Shown: one piece after another, positions 45,075 to 55,353 of the stretch
Layout: each line of letters starts with the position of its first letter
How positions within the stretch are numbered: position 1 is the stretch's first letter
Virus record (IMG/VR): IMGVR_UViG_3300035093_000027
DNA from: an uncultured virus (IMG/VR IMGVR_UViG_3300035093_000027)
Lineage: Duplodnaviria > Heunggongvirae > Uroviricota > Caudoviricetes
Reading direction: 5' to 3' (one strand)
Length of the DNA stretch: 64,000 nt
Position numbers and translations under genes: made by a program
Notes under the pieces: generated by a model
The model's database searches: none
Told to the model about the DNA's origin: nothing
What the model saw: the letters and a program-made list of their open reading frames with translations, nothing else

Positions 45075-46584
45075 CTATCCGCGGCGCAGGATCTGGCGCG
45101 AGTCCTCGGCGGCACAGGTGCGCCACTGGGGCGACTCGGACTGGACCGGCGGCGATCGCTGGCGCCACTACAACACCGTGTGGCGCACGCATGACGCCGC
45201 GACGCCGCTGGCAGACGTCAAGTTGCCCTACGAGCCGCAGCCCGTCGAAGATCCTCGGCCGATCCCCGAGCCGCTGCGTCCGCAGGCCGAGCTCGCACTC
45301 ACCGTGGCCACCGACGACGGATCCGCGATCGCCGACGCCCAGCTCGAGGTGCTCGAGACCGGCGAGATCCTGACGACCGACGCTGCGGGCGCGTGCCTCA
45401 CGCCCATCCGCGAAGGATCCTACGAGATCCGCTTCGCCGAGCGCCCCAAGCTCCCCGTCCTCGGCGAAGGCCCCGGTCCGCGGACCGTGCTCCTCGAGTG
45501 CACGCGCACCGAGCCGTTTACGCTGTCGACCGGCGGAGCTCGGCACGTCGTCGTGCGCCGCCCCCGGTGCACGGAGATCCTCGTCGACGGCTACGCGCTT
45601 GGATCCAAGGTGCTGCGCTGGGGTGGCACCCGTCAGCGGCTCGAGGCCGGACCGGACGGCCCGCTCCCCGTGGTCGGCACCACGCGCGCAGCGCTGGCGG
45701 TCGCCCTCGTGGCGGCCCGTGGCCACTACGTGGTCGTCGTCGGCCATGCCGATCCCGAAGGATCGGACCAGAGCAACGCCGAGGTCGCGCTGCAGCGCAG
45801 CCGCTCGACGTTTCTCTACGCGTCTGGGCAGTTCGGCCTGTGGTCGTCCCACGCCGCTGCGTCGGCGAGCGAGCTGGACTTCTCCTGCGCCATGATCGCC
45901 TGCTCGAAGATCCTGGGCGAGACGCAGGACGTCTCCGAGATCCCCGCGCTCGACGACCCGGCGTCGATCCGGCGCGCCTCCGCGGCGCTGCGACGCTGGG
46001 GCGGTGACGCGAGCGCTGGACCATCTCCGAGCCCCAAGGGCACTCCGGACGACTGGCGCCTCGTTGCCGAGGCCTACGAGCTCGACCTGTCGCGCCTGCT
46101 CGGCGTCGACACCGTCGACCTGCAGCGGATCCGCGAAGCGGCCACGTGGGTGGGGCCCGGGCACGGGGCGCTCGGCGAGCGCTTCCCGCGTCCGCGCACC
46201 GAGATCGACGTCGCGTCGCAGGTGGGCGTGCCGTACGCGGTGGCGCAGCGCCGATCGGCCATCGTGATCATGACCCGCCTCGACGCCGAAGTCCTCGTGC
46301 ACGACGACGTGCTCGAGCCGCTGTACGACGGCACGTGGCGCCGCACGACGCTCGAGACGCCCGCCGAGGTGCCAGTGGTACTGCGCTGCGTCGACGTCGC
46401 GGGCAAGGCTCTGCCGCATGCGCGCGTGTGGCTCGGCGGCCCGCTGGGCGTCGCCGCACACGTCTGCGACGCGGCCGGCGCGGTCACGTTCTTGGCCGTT
46501 CGCGGCACCCGCTTCGATGTCGCGCTGGCGCGCGGCGCCGACGACACCGGCAGTCTAGTGCGCCTCGATCCTGTTCGTCCGTAG
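45067..46584 (+). CDS. Protein with OmpA-like peptidoglycan-binding motif
   Basis: VVVVGHADPEGSDQSNAEVALQRSRS. Confidence 0.65.
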   Translation: MSDYPRRRIWRESSAAQVRHWGDSDWTGGDRWRHYNTVWRTHDAATPLADVKLPYEPQPVEDPRPIPEPLRPQAELALTVATDDGSAIADAQLEVLETGEILTTDAAGACLTPIREGSYEIRFAERPKLPVLGEGPGPRTVLLECTRTEPFTLSTGGARHVVVRRPRCTEILVDGYALGSKVLRWGGTRQRLEAGPDGPLPVVGTTRAALAVALVAARGHYVVVVGHADPEGSDQSNAEVALQRSRSTFLYASGQFGLWSSHAAASASELDFSCAMIACSKILGETQDVSEIPALDDPASIRRASAALRRWGGDASAGPSPSPKGTPDDWRLVAEAYELDLSRLLGVDTVDLQRIREAATWVGPGHGALGERFPRPRTEIDVASQVGVPYAVAQRRSAIVIMTRLDAEVLVHDDVLEPLYDGTWRRTTLETPAEVPVVLRCVDVAGKALPHARVWLGGPLGVAAHVCDAAGAVTFLAVRGTRFDVALARGADDTGSLVRLDPVRP

Positions 46585-46607
46585 TCCTTCACCCGGAGTT
46601 TTCTGTC

Positions 46608-47048
46608 ATGAGCCAAGACGACATCCCAAGCGCTTACGGTGACGAGATCGGGTTCCTGCGTACGCTCGTCCTGAAACTGGTCGGCCTGCGCGAGTCTCGA
46701 CAAGATCCCCACGGATCGAGGAGCGGTGAGACCGACGAGTCCCGGATCGCGTGGGCCTTCGCGCACGACGACGGATCGCTCGACGCTGGCACGTCGACCG
46801 CGGCCATGCGCAACCTCGAAGCGCGCTACGGAGCCGAGGTCGCCAAGTCGTTGGAGGGCTTCGTGTGCACCACCATGCTCACCGGCCGCATGCGCGACGT
46901 GAAGATCTCGCTGCGCGTGCTGCATGCCGACGGATCGCAGGGGACCATCGCGTTCGTGCAGCGCTGCGACGGATCCTGGATCCCGGCGCAGGACGCTGCG
47001 GTGAAGACCGGGGATCTACTGCGGCTCGATCTGCGTCACGAGGGGTAG
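46608..47048 (+). CDS. Hypothetical protein
   Basis: GGAG RBS. Confidence 0.55.
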   Translation: MSQDDIPSAYGDEIGFLRTLVLKLVGLRESRQDPHGSRSGETDESRIAWAFAHDDGSLDAGTSTAAMRNLEARYGAEVAKSLEGFVCTTMLTGRMRDVKISLRVLHADGSQGTIAFVQRCDGSWIPAQDAAVKTGDLLRLDLRHEG

Positions 47049-47051
47049 ACC

Positions 47052-47603
47052 ATGAACGACGACAAGCCCGAAGCACTGCCTGCGATCGTCGGCGACATCC
47101 GTGCGCCTGACTTCACCGGCTACGCCGCCGAGGCGAGCCTCGACCGGCAGGTCCGCGACGCGCTGCAGACCCACGTCGGCAACCGCCACGATATCCGTCG
47201 GATGCAGGACAAGCAGATCGAGCTAGAACTCACGATCATGAAGATGACGGGGTTCTGTGAGCGGCCCCGCAGCAACCGCGACGAGTTGGACGTGCGCGTC
47301 TTCGATGGCACCCGCAAGTGGTGGATCGTCGGACCGATCGCCAAGGCGTCGGGTCAGGATCCGGCGCGCCAAGAGCACAGCAGCATCTGGATCCAGTCGG
47401 GTCCCGAACCGTGTACGCCGCTCACACTGGCACAGGGCCGCTGCACGACGCTTCGTCGCGAGAACGTTCGACCCGACGAGACGGGAACCGTCCTGCGCGT
47501 GGTCCGCTTCGGCGCGTACGCAATCCTTATCGACCACACGTACGAGTCATCGGTCCAGTTCACGCTGCTGGAGACGGCGCTCGAGGTGAAGGACCATGCC
47601 TGA
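47052..47603 (+). CDS. Hypothetical protein
   Basis: GAGGGG RBS. Confidence 0.6.
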   Translation: MNDDKPEALPAIVGDIRAPDFTGYAAEASLDRQVRDALQTHVGNRHDIRRMQDKQIELELTIMKMTGFCERPRSNRDELDVRVFDGTRKWWIVGPIAKASGQDPARQEHSSIWIQSGPEPCTPLTLAQGRCTTLRRENVRPDETGTVLRVVRFGAYAILIDHTYESSVQFTLLETALEVKDHA

Positions 47604-49245
47604 TCTCGACAGCCTGCTCTCGCACACCATGCTGTGGACGGGCGCGCGCGGGGCCAACCTCGAGCCTGTGCCCTGCAGCATGAGCGAGGTGTTCGGCTCG
47701 CCGACGACGCCACAGCCGCAGACCATGGAAGAAGTCGAGCAGCACGAGCGTGCTGACACGGCGATGCGCAACTACGTCTGGCGCTTCACGTGGGATCCGG
47801 CCGAGCCGGCGGTGTTCCGCGACGTGAAGATCCGGACCCGCGGCATGGGCTCGGACTACGGCATGGTCGCGACCGTCTTCGACGCCGTGACATTCGGCGC
47901 AGCCAAGGTCGAGCGCGACGATGGATCGGTGCTCAACCTCTCGCTCGACGCTGCGCACTGCGTCGGCGCGTGGTGGACCCGCACCGGCGAGATCAACGCT
48001 TCGCTCGCGGCTCTGTCGGCGCTGTGGAAGCTCGAGGCCAAACTCGACTCGTCGCTGCTCGCGTGCTTCGCCTTCCAGCTCGTCGACGGGGTGATCCAGC
48101 CGTTGCCCAAGGCGGAGATCGATGATCTGGGCGAGTTGCTGATGCCTGTGGCTGGCCGCCGAGCCCCCTCGGTCGTCGCTGGCGAGGCGGAGGCCTACGA
48201 CGTCTGCATCGGCCCGTCGCGCTACGTGGTGGCGGTCGAGCTCGTGCTGTGCCGCGAGCGCCCCGACTTCGTGCCCGGCACGCTCGTGGGCTTTTGCCGG
48301 ATCCACCCGCATGCGTTCGTGTGGAGCAACGAAGATCTGGTGCACTCCGAGGTGTCCATCACGCTCGAGCGGCCGGTCAACGCCATGGCGTGCGATCCGA
48401 CGATGGATCCGCCGATCGGCGCGTTGGCGGTTTCCGACACCAACGACGACCGATCGTCGTCGGCATGGATCAACTTGCCGATCCCCTACGCCGACAACCT
48501 GTACGACTACTACGAGACCAACCCGCATAAGCGCTTCCTCGCGCCCGAACTGCACACGGACGACCATTCACTGCAGGCTAAGACCGAGGTCACGATGGTC
48601 GACCCTCGTCGCGCGGAGCGCACGATCGAGGCCGGAGTCCGACGGCGCACGCCGCTGGTCCGCGACTCTTCGAAGATCCGCAAGGTCGCGCGGCAGGGTC
48701 AGATCGACAACGTCCACCTTGCTGCGCGCATGACCGCACGCTTCGACGACGAGCACGGCGAGCCCGTCGCGCTGAAGAAGATCGTGATGCTCAACCAGTG
48801 CCTGCACGACTGCGTGCACATGCACGTGCGCTGGGGCGAGTTTCTTGAGGCCAAGATGATGCGGGGCTGGGGTCGTCGTGGCCCGTTCACCGAACCGGGC
48901 GCACCTGCAGTGCCACACAACCAGGTGGTGTTCGCGTCGTTCCCCAGCAAGCACGCGCTCACGTACCGGGCCGTCCCCCAGAACGTGAAGGCCGGAGAGA
49001 TCCAGGTGATCTGCCACCACGGCCTAGGCTACGCGGTCGACGAGTGGCCCGACGGTGAGGCGTGGGCGAAGATCGGCGTGCTGCACGGCACGATCGCCGC
49101 CGAGTCGGTGCTGCACGACGAGCCGTACCGCGCGCAGATCCCCTTCGGATGGCTCGAGTTCTACTGGCGGGTACGGTGGACGGGAAGCCACGGCCACGAA
49201 CCGGTCGAGCGACTGACGTTCGACCTCGAAAGGTGCATGCGATGA
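47596..49245 (+). CDS. Large hypothetical protein with His/Cys cluster
   Basis: 549 aa; DNVHL, CLHDCVHMHVRW, CHHG. Confidence 0.75.
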   Translation: MPDLDSLLSHTMLWTGARGANLEPVPCSMSEVFGSPTTPQPQTMEEVEQHERADTAMRNYVWRFTWDPAEPAVFRDVKIRTRGMGSDYGMVATVFDAVTFGAAKVERDDGSVLNLSLDAAHCVGAWWTRTGEINASLAALSALWKLEAKLDSSLLACFAFQLVDGVIQPLPKAEIDDLGELLMPVAGRRAPSVVAGEAEAYDVCIGPSRYVVAVELVLCRERPDFVPGTLVGFCRIHPHAFVWSNEDLVHSEVSITLERPVNAMACDPTMDPPIGALAVSDTNDDRSSSAWINLPIPYADNLYDYYETNPHKRFLAPELHTDDHSLQAKTEVTMVDPRRAERTIEAGVRRRTPLVRDSSKIRKVARQGQIDNVHLAARMTARFDDEHGEPVALKKIVMLNQCLHDCVHMHVRWGEFLEAKMMRGWGRRGPFTEPGAPAVPHNQVVFASFPSKHALTYRAVPQNVKAGEIQVICHHGLGYAVDEWPDGEAWAKIGVLHGTIAAESVLHDEPYRAQIPFGWLEFYWRVRWTGSHGHEPVERLTFDLERCMR

Positions 49246-49685
49246 GCGACACGATCCCGCGTCCAATGAGACCGATCCACAAGCTCGCGCTCGTACTCAC
49301 GCCCGTGTTCTGGGTGTCATCGGTGCCCGTCGCCAGCTACGGGATCTACCTCAGCGTGCTCGGCTTCGTGCTGGCGGGCATGATCATCGGCGTGGTGTCG
49401 CGCTTCCGCGACGACACCGCCTCGATCGCCGCGCCGCTCATGTTCGCGGCGATCTGGTGGCCACTGCATGGCGCAGCCGCGGCGGCGCTGTGCATCGTCA
49501 TCGGCCTGCTCGCGCCGCGCCGCACATGGTACTTCGCGGCGGTGGCTGCCGGCGCCATGGTGGCGCTCGCGGTCGCCAACCCGCCAGTGGGACCGGTCCA
49601 CCTCGCGACGATCTCGGCGCTCGTGGTGGTCCATGCCTTGCTCGTTGGCGTAGGCGTGCTCGTCGAGGTGAAGGGACGACGATGA
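49242..49685 (+). CDS. Multi-pass membrane protein
   Basis: About five hydrophobic segments. Confidence 0.7.
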   Translation: MSDTIPRPMRPIHKLALVLTPVFWVSSVPVASYGIYLSVLGFVLAGMIIGVVSRFRDDTASIAAPLMFAAIWWPLHGAAAAALCIVIGLLAPRRTWYFAAVAAGAMVALAVANPPVGPVHLATISALVVVHALLVGVGVLVEVKGRR

Positions 49686-50167
49686 TGCCGATCGACTGGA
49701 GTCGCCGCGCGCATCGGTTCGCGTGCCTCGTGCTGGGCTTCGTCCTGCTCGCCCAGATCTGGATCTTGCTGCCCATCATGCTGCCGTGGGTGCTAGGGAT
49801 CGTGCTCGTCATCCTCGTCGTCGAGGCCGCCGCCAACTTCGCCGCGCGTCCCGAGGTCGTGCTGAGTCCCGCGCTATGGCTGTCCGCACTCGCGACCGCG
49901 CGCCCGGGCCACGCCCTCTTCTGCGCCGGTGCGATCGCGCTGCTCTACGTCGGGCGCGGACGGATCGCCCGGCCGGTGGCGGGGCTCGTGGTGCTGGGCC
50001 TGGTCGCACTCGGCTACAGCGTGCCCGAGGCGCTGTTCTCGTCGTGGTCGGCGACGGAGGTGAGCCACGGTGTGTGGCTGTACCGCGCCGTCGTGGCCAC
50101 TGCAGCGGTTCCGCTGGTTCTGTTCGCCCTGTCGCGTCGCGAGGATCCATCATGCTCGACGCCATGA
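49682..50167 (+). CDS. Multi-pass membrane protein
   Basis: About five hydrophobic segments. Confidence 0.7.
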   Translation: MMPIDWSRRAHRFACLVLGFVLLAQIWILLPIMLPWVLGIVLVILVVEAAANFAARPEVVLSPALWLSALATARPGHALFCAGAIALLYVGRGRIARPVAGLVVLGLVALGYSVPEALFSSWSATEVSHGVWLYRAVVATAAVPLVLFALSRREDPSCSTP

Positions 50168-50607
50168 CCCGCACCCCCAACGAGATCGCGCTGGCGGCGA
50201 TCCGCCGCTCTCCGTCGGATCCGACTAGCGCCCAGCACGTGTACAGCGCTCTGGCAGCGCGCGCCTTCGAGTTGCGCGTATGGATTGCGCACTACCCCAA
50301 GATCGCCGAGTACCCACGCGACTACATCGCCGTGGTCGACCTGATGGAGGCGATGCGCGGCGGAAGTACGTGGACCGTCAGAGGTGCGGTGATCGGCGCG
50401 ATGCTCATCGACGGATTCGTCACCGAATCCGACTCGGGATGGTTCGTGGGTCCGGTCGGCTGGACGCTCGCGACCGCCGTACTCTTCGACGAGCCCGTCC
50501 ACGACGTGCTTGGAGCGCTGGGCACCTTCTCGCTGCCGCCGGCCGTGATGAAGGCGGTCGAGCAGCGCTGGTCGTCCAACCCGCAGATCTTCTCGTGGAG
50601 GTCGTGA
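50152..50607 (+). CDS. Hypothetical protein
   Basis: GAGGA RBS. Confidence 0.55.
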   Translation: MLDAMTRTPNEIALAAIRRSPSDPTSAQHVYSALAARAFELRVWIAHYPKIAEYPRDYIAVVDLMEAMRGGSTWTVRGAVIGAMLIDGFVTESDSGWFVGPVGWTLATAVLFDEPVHDVLGALGTFSLPPAVMKAVEQRWSSNPQIFSWRS

Positions 50608-50975
50608 TGCCTGTCGCCGACGAGATCGTTCGTACCGTTCAAGAGGCCGAGCTCGCGTCGAAGTCCGACGCTCTGCGTCGCAAGGCCGCGGATCTAGAAA
50701 AGCGCATGGCTGCGATCGAGCAGTCGCGCTTGGAGGCGGAGACGAAGAAGATCGACGTGGTCGCGGTGATGGGGATCGTTGCGATCATGCTCTTGGCCGT
50801 CGCCGTACTCGGCGTAGGTGCTTACGTGCTGTGGTCGATGGATCCGAACTGCACCGAGAACGCACATGCCCACCTGGACGCGTGCAACCGATCCGCGACC
50901 GATGTCGACAGCATCGAGGCCTGCACGCAGCAGTACGCGACAGTGCGCGCGTCGTGCGAAGGAGTTACGCCATGA
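50607..50975 (+). CDS. Coiled-coil single-TM protein
   Basis: Coiled coil, TM helix, Cys-rich tail. Confidence 0.6.
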   Translation: MPVADEIVRTVQEAELASKSDALRRKAADLEKRMAAIEQSRLEAETKKIDVVAVMGIVAIMLLAVAVLGVGAYVLWSMDPNCTENAHAHLDACNRSATDVDSIEACTQQYATVRASCEGVTP

Positions 50976-51211
50976 ACACCGACGACACACCGCCATCCCG
51001 ACATCCGACCGAGCCAGCGCTGCCGGTGAGCGTGGACGACGCGACGTACACCGATCTGTTCTGCATCACCCGCTGCGAGAACCTCCACGAGGTCTACTGG
51101 TCCATCGAGACTGCGATCGATGGCGATGTACACGCCACGCAGGAGGAGGCCGAGGCGGCGCTCGCGAGGTTCATTGCCGACGTGCAGGCGCTGCGGAGCG
51201 CGGTGCGGTGA
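50972..51211 (+). CDS. Hypothetical protein
   Basis: AGGAG RBS; ATGA overlap. Confidence 0.55.
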   Translation: MNTDDTPPSRHPTEPALPVSVDDATYTDLFCITRCENLHEVYWSIETAIDGDVHATQEEAEAALARFIADVQALRSAVR

Positions 51212-51744
51212 GCAAGGTCGAGTACATCGAGTCGAGTGCGGTATTCTCCGAGGAGACGCCGCCGCGCTACCGCTACGAGTTGCGCCGACGATGGGCGCCC
51301 GGGCCCGTGGCGCTGTGGGTCGGTGCCAACCCTTCGAAGGCGGGCGCGGCCGCCAACGAGCCTGACCACACGCTCGACCGCATCGTATGGTTCTCGAGGC
51401 ACCACGCCACGCTGCCCGAGTCGCCGCTCGAGGGCGTCGGCGGGATCCTACTGGCCAACACGCTCGCGTACATCTCCACCGATCCTGCAGGTCTGCTGCT
51501 CACGCGCGACCCGGTTGGACCGCGCACCGACGAGTTCTTGGCCAAGCTCGCCGACGAGGCCGTCGCGATCGTCGTGTGCTGGGGGCAGATCCCAGATCGT
51601 CGTCGCGTCTCCGAGGTCGTGTCGATCCTGACCCGCAGCGGCAAGCCGCTGCTCTGTCTCGGGACGGGCGGCAAAGGATCTCCGCTGCATCCCGCTCGGC
51701 TCGCGAACACAACAAGCATCGTGCCATGGAGGCGCGTTGCGTGA
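51208..51744 (+). CDS. DUF1643 domain protein
   Basis: RYRYELRRRW, GANPSKA, DHTL, LANT.AYISTDP, DPVGP, VVCWG, SPLHP. Confidence 0.85.
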   Translation: MSKVEYIESSAVFSEETPPRYRYELRRRWAPGPVALWVGANPSKAGAAANEPDHTLDRIVWFSRHHATLPESPLEGVGGILLANTLAYISTDPAGLLLTRDPVGPRTDEFLAKLADEAVAIVVCWGQIPDRRRVSEVVSILTRSGKPLLCLGTGGKGSPLHPARLANTTSIVPWRRVA

Positions 51745-51816
51745 TCGACAACCCGTTGTGCCGGCGCGCAATGCCGCGCGTCGGCGCTGATCATCCACCT
51801 GAAAGGACCGAACATC

Positions 51817-52122
51817 ATGGAAACCCGAAACGAGAGTGCTGCGCTGGCCAAGGCCGAAGAGTTCATCGCGAGCGTGAAGGAGATCGACGCGATCGCTGCA
51901 CGTCTGCGGATGCTGCTGTCCGAGCCGATGCCGCAAGATGAGACGTGGAGCACGCAGGTGACCACTGTCGCGATCGACCTGCGCCTGGCGATGGTCGAGG
52001 CGTTCGAGCTTCCGCCCGAGGAGCACGTGGCCACCGCCGTGTCGTTCCTGTGCGCCACGCTCGAGGAGGCGTTCGCGAAGCTCGAGTCGTGGAAGGATCG
52101 CGGATGTCAGGGAGATCTGTGA
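51817..52122 (+). CDS. Hypothetical protein
   Basis: AAGGA RBS. Confidence 0.55.
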   Translation: METRNESAALAKAEEFIASVKEIDAIAARLRMLLSEPMPQDETWSTQVTTVAIDLRLAMVEAFELPPEEHVATAVSFLCATLEEAFAKLESWKDRGCQGDL

Positions 52123-52868
52123 TGGTCAGCCCCGACAAGCCGTACCCGAACCCGCCCCTGATGCGCGTCGACCAAAAGGGGCAGGTCGTCGACGAGGACA
52201 CGCCGATGCCCCGCCGTCGCGTGGTCGACGTCGACGCCCAAGCCACGACGGCTGTGGACGCCACCACCAGCCCTCACCGCTCGTCGACGACCGACCGTCT
52301 GCCGGAGGGGTCGGTGTGGGACGGCGTCGCTCCGGCGCCCGCGCGCGAGCCGACGATGATGCTCGACGCAGTCACGACCAAGGTCGAGAGCGCCGAGGCC
52401 CCGGCAGCGCCCGCGAGCGCGGACTTCGACCGAGTGGAATGGGCCGCCGAACGTCTCGGTTCGGTGGCCGAGGCCTTGCGGGCCGACAAGCGGATTACCG
52501 CGGCCGATGTCGCCGCAGGCGCGCGGGCGGGCTTGGCCATGGGCGCGGTGCGTGGGCCGATGCAGTACGTCACGTCCAAGCTCATGCAACGAGCTCTACT
52601 CGCGGACGCGGGCGTCGGGGCGGCGCTCGATGGCGCCGCGATCGCGGCGATCCTGTTCGAGATCGGCTCCGAGATCCTCGTGGGCGTCGAGCCGGTCCGG
52701 CTGGCCCGGCGCGACCTCGCACGAACCTTCGAGCTGCGGATCCGCGAACTCGAAGTCCTGCAGGCCAAGGCGGAGTCGCGCGGTGACACCGACGCGGCCG
52801 CCGAGTACCGTGGGCGCCTCGACGAACTCACGGTACACACCCGACAACTCCGAAGGACGACTCGATGA
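52122..52868 (+). CDS. Hypothetical protein
   Basis: Coupled start. Confidence 0.6.
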   Translation: MVSPDKPYPNPPLMRVDQKGQVVDEDTPMPRRRVVDVDAQATTAVDATTSPHRSSTTDRLPEGSVWDGVAPAPAREPTMMLDAVTTKVESAEAPAAPASADFDRVEWAAERLGSVAEALRADKRITAADVAAGARAGLAMGAVRGPMQYVTSKLMQRALLADAGVGAALDGAAIAAILFEIGSEILVGVEPVRLARRDLARTFELRIRELEVLQAKAESRGDTDAAAEYRGRLDELTVHTRQLRRTTR

Positions 52869-53131
52869 GCACTGACAGCAACGACATCTTCAAGACGCTT
52901 GCGTCGATGAGCGACGAAGAGACGATCGCGGCACTGGAAGCCCTACGCAAGCGCCTCGACGACGCCGAGGATCGTTCCGTCGCTTGTCAGGGCGTCATCC
53001 TCGGCCGCTTGGTGGAGCTCACCTCCGGTGCCAGCAATGACCCGGTGATCGTCACCGCCGCCAAGGCGCTCGAGGGCGATGACGACGCCTACGGCGAGAT
53101 CCTCGAGATGATCAAGGGGAGCAAGGGCTGA
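52865..53131 (+). CDS. Hypothetical protein
   Basis: ATGA overlap. Confidence 0.6.
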   Translation: MSTDSNDIFKTLASMSDEETIAALEALRKRLDDAEDRSVACQGVILGRLVELTSGASNDPVIVTAAKALEGDDDAYGEILEMIKGSKG

Positions 53132-53598
53132 TGTTCGGCGACATCCTCAATGCGATCGCGGGCGTTCGCAACGCCATCGACTCCGGATTTCGTTTGCTCG
53201 AGGCGAGTCTCAAGCCGCCCGAGCTGGAGACGTGGACGTTTCGGTTCAAGCTCGGCGAGGCCAAGGACTGGCAACCAGTCGCGGACATGGTCTCCGTCCA
53301 GCAGATCTCGATGGATCTCACCGACCCGCGGTACCGACTGGTGCTGCACAGCGATGCGTGGTCCCGCAGCTACAACGCGCACGCGTTCCGCTTTGCGCCG
53401 GTCGATGTTGGCGGATTCTTGGTGACACGCTCCCACATGATGCAGTGCATCGTCGAGCCGGACGGGGTCGTGGAGATGCCGCTTGCGCCCGACGTCGATG
53501 TGACGCTCGTGATCCGCGGACGCTCCGCAATGGTGAATACGTGCCCGTCGCCGCTCGCTCCCGTCGGCATAGCAGGCCCTCGTCGGATCTTCCCGTAG
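53131..53598 (+). CDS. Hypothetical protein
   Basis: Coupled start. Confidence 0.6.
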   Translation: MFGDILNAIAGVRNAIDSGFRLLEASLKPPELETWTFRFKLGEAKDWQPVADMVSVQQISMDLTDPRYRLVLHSDAWSRSYNAHAFRFAPVDVGGFLVTRSHMMQCIVEPDGVVEMPLAPDVDVTLVIRGRSAMVNTCPSPLAPVGIAGPRRIFP

Positions 53599-53608
53599 AA
53601 TGCCGCCC

Positions 53609-53854
53609 ATGAAGGTACGGATCCGATCGATTCGATCGATCAGCGTCAGCGGCCGGCTGTACGCTCGGCTCGTCGCCCATGTGGGGCGCGGCAACATCGC
53701 GGCCTTCGTGGGCGCGACCATCGACGAGCGGATGGATTCGCTGGGACAGCCGATCCCCGACAAGGTGAGGCCGGTCGTCCCGCGGCGCATCACGAGCGAG
53801 AGCATCATCTCGCAGAACATCACGTTCTCGTCGCGCGGACGCGACGAGTCGTGA
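53609..53854 (+). CDS. Small basic hypothetical protein
   Basis: TAGAAT 7 nt before ATG. Confidence 0.5.
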   Translation: MKVRIRSIRSISVSGRLYARLVAHVGRGNIAAFVGATIDERMDSLGQPIPDKVRPVVPRRITSESIISQNITFSSRGRDES

Positions 53855-54893
53855 TCCGACCGTGCTCGAGCATCTCCTTCAGATCCTGTAGACCCTTCAT
53901 CTGATGCTGACGTACGCGCTCGCGGCTGATCTTCAGGTCGGCCCCGATCTCAGCCAGCGTTTGCTCGGGTGCGCCGTCGAGTCCGAAGCGGCAGCGAAGC
54001 ACGTGAGCGAGCTTGTGATCCACCTGGGGCAGCAGCACCCGTAGCCGGCGGAGTTGCTCGCGATTCATCATCTGCACGTCGATGGGTGCATTGGGGTCCG
54101 GTACATCCATCGCACCGTAGGATCGACCGAGGCCGTCGATCCCGTTGACGTCGAAGCTGATCCCCGGCTTCGTGTCTCGCTCGATTTGACGGATCCGATC
54201 GGCGCCGACCCCCATGAGCTCAGCCACCTCGTCGTCGCAGATCGGCTCGCCTCGAGCTTCGGCTGCTGCGCGATGCTTGAGGATCTCTGCGCGAACGATG
54301 CGGGCGTTGACGGGCACACGTACCGTCCATCCCCGATCGTCGATGCCACGCTGGATCTCGTGGCGGATCCAGTGCAACGCGTACGTCGAGAACTGCACTT
54401 TGTAGGCCGGATCGAAGCGATCCACCGATCGGAACAGTCCCATGTTTCCGTCGGCGACCATGTCCTCGTAGTGGATGTGGATCGACTTGAAACGGCGGGC
54501 CACGCCGAAGACGAGCCGCAGGTTGACCTTCACGAGCTCGGCACGGGTGCGCACGAGCGCCTCGACCTTCCACCGGGCCTCCGTCGCAGTTGTGCCGGCG
54601 AACTCGCCCACGATCGTCCGGGCCAGATCGAGGGCCTCGGTCGCGACCGCCAGAGACTTGGCGACCGCCTTGATCGCAGCGGGGCGCTCGCGCGTCCGCT
54701 TGCCGTGTAACGGTTCGAGCATGGTAGCGCCGTCGTAGAGCGACTTGGAACGCTCGAGCGTGTGCTCGAACGCCACCTCGAACAGGTGCCGCCACAACGC
54801 CTCCTTGTCGCGTACAAACGCTGTGAAGGCTTCCGATTGGACGACGGGGTCGAGCCGAGGATGACGCGCGACATCGTGTGTGTACGCTCGCAT
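53820..54893 (-). CDS. Sigma-70 family RNA polymerase sigma factor (RpoD/RpoS-like, divergent)
   Basis: NLRLVFGVARRF, DGNMGLFRSVDRFDP, FSTYALHWIR, TVRVP, RFGL...TLAEIG..SRERVRQ; start position approximate. Confidence 0.93.
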   Translation of the reverse strand: MRAYTHDVARHPRLDPVVQSEAFTAFVRDKEALWRHLFEVAFEHTLERSKSLYDGATMLEPLHGKRTRERPAAIKAVAKSLAVATEALDLARTIVGEFAGTTATEARWKVEALVRTRAELVKVNLRLVFGVARRFKSIHIHYEDMVADGNMGLFRSVDRFDPAYKVQFSTYALHWIRHEIQRGIDDRGWTVRVPVNARIVRAEILKHRAAAEARGEPICDDEVAELMGVGADRIRQIERDTKPGISFDVNGIDGLGRSYGAMDVPDPNAPIDVQMMNREQLRRLRVLLPQVDHKLAHVLRCRFGLDGAPEQTLAEIGADLKISRERVRQHQMKGLQDLKEMLEHGRITTRRVRATRT

Positions 54894-54977
54894 CACCCGC
54901 GCGGAACAGGGCGCGGCACCGCGCTGCGAGGATGAGAGTCGACGAGGCTGTGGCACCGGATCCAGTGGACGGAAAAC

Positions 54978-55349
54978 GTGTTCCCGTGTCAAGTTCGGAA
55001 GGTGCCGAGCAACCAGTCTACCCGCGCCTCGGATCACGACGTCGCGCATCCCATCCTGCTCGGAATCTTCACGCATCCCGAGGCTGCTACATGCATGTGC
55101 GTGGCGCCGCGCTGCGAAGATTCGGCGATTGGGTTTGCGACGTTTCTGTGGCGCGGCGTGATCGTGTTGCCGTTGTGCCACGACCATGGCGTGGCCGCGG
55201 GGCAGCGCGATACCGTCCCGATGGGCGCACAGCGACAGCAGGTGTCGTCGGACATCGCCGCGCTTCCGGCCAAGGTGATCCGCAACGGCGCAGTCGGCCA
55301 GCGCGACGCGCTGTCGAGCTGGACCATGTGGCGGAGGCACTGCGGATGA
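54978..55349 (+). CDS. Hypothetical Cys/His protein
   Basis: CMCVAPRC...LCHDH; start uncertain. Confidence 0.4.
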   Translation: MFPCQVRKVPSNQSTRASDHDVAHPILLGIFTHPEAATCMCVAPRCEDSAIGFATFLWRGVIVLPLCHDHGVAAGQRDTVPMGAQRQQVSSDIAALPAKVIRNGAVGQRDALSSWTMWRRHCG

Positions 55350-55353
55350 GCGG

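Noticed and set aside
54894..55340. N-terminal extension of the sigma-factor ORF
   Set aside because: No sigma homology upstream of the region 1.2-like MRAYTHDVARHPRL; probably untranslated or belonging to the divergent gene.
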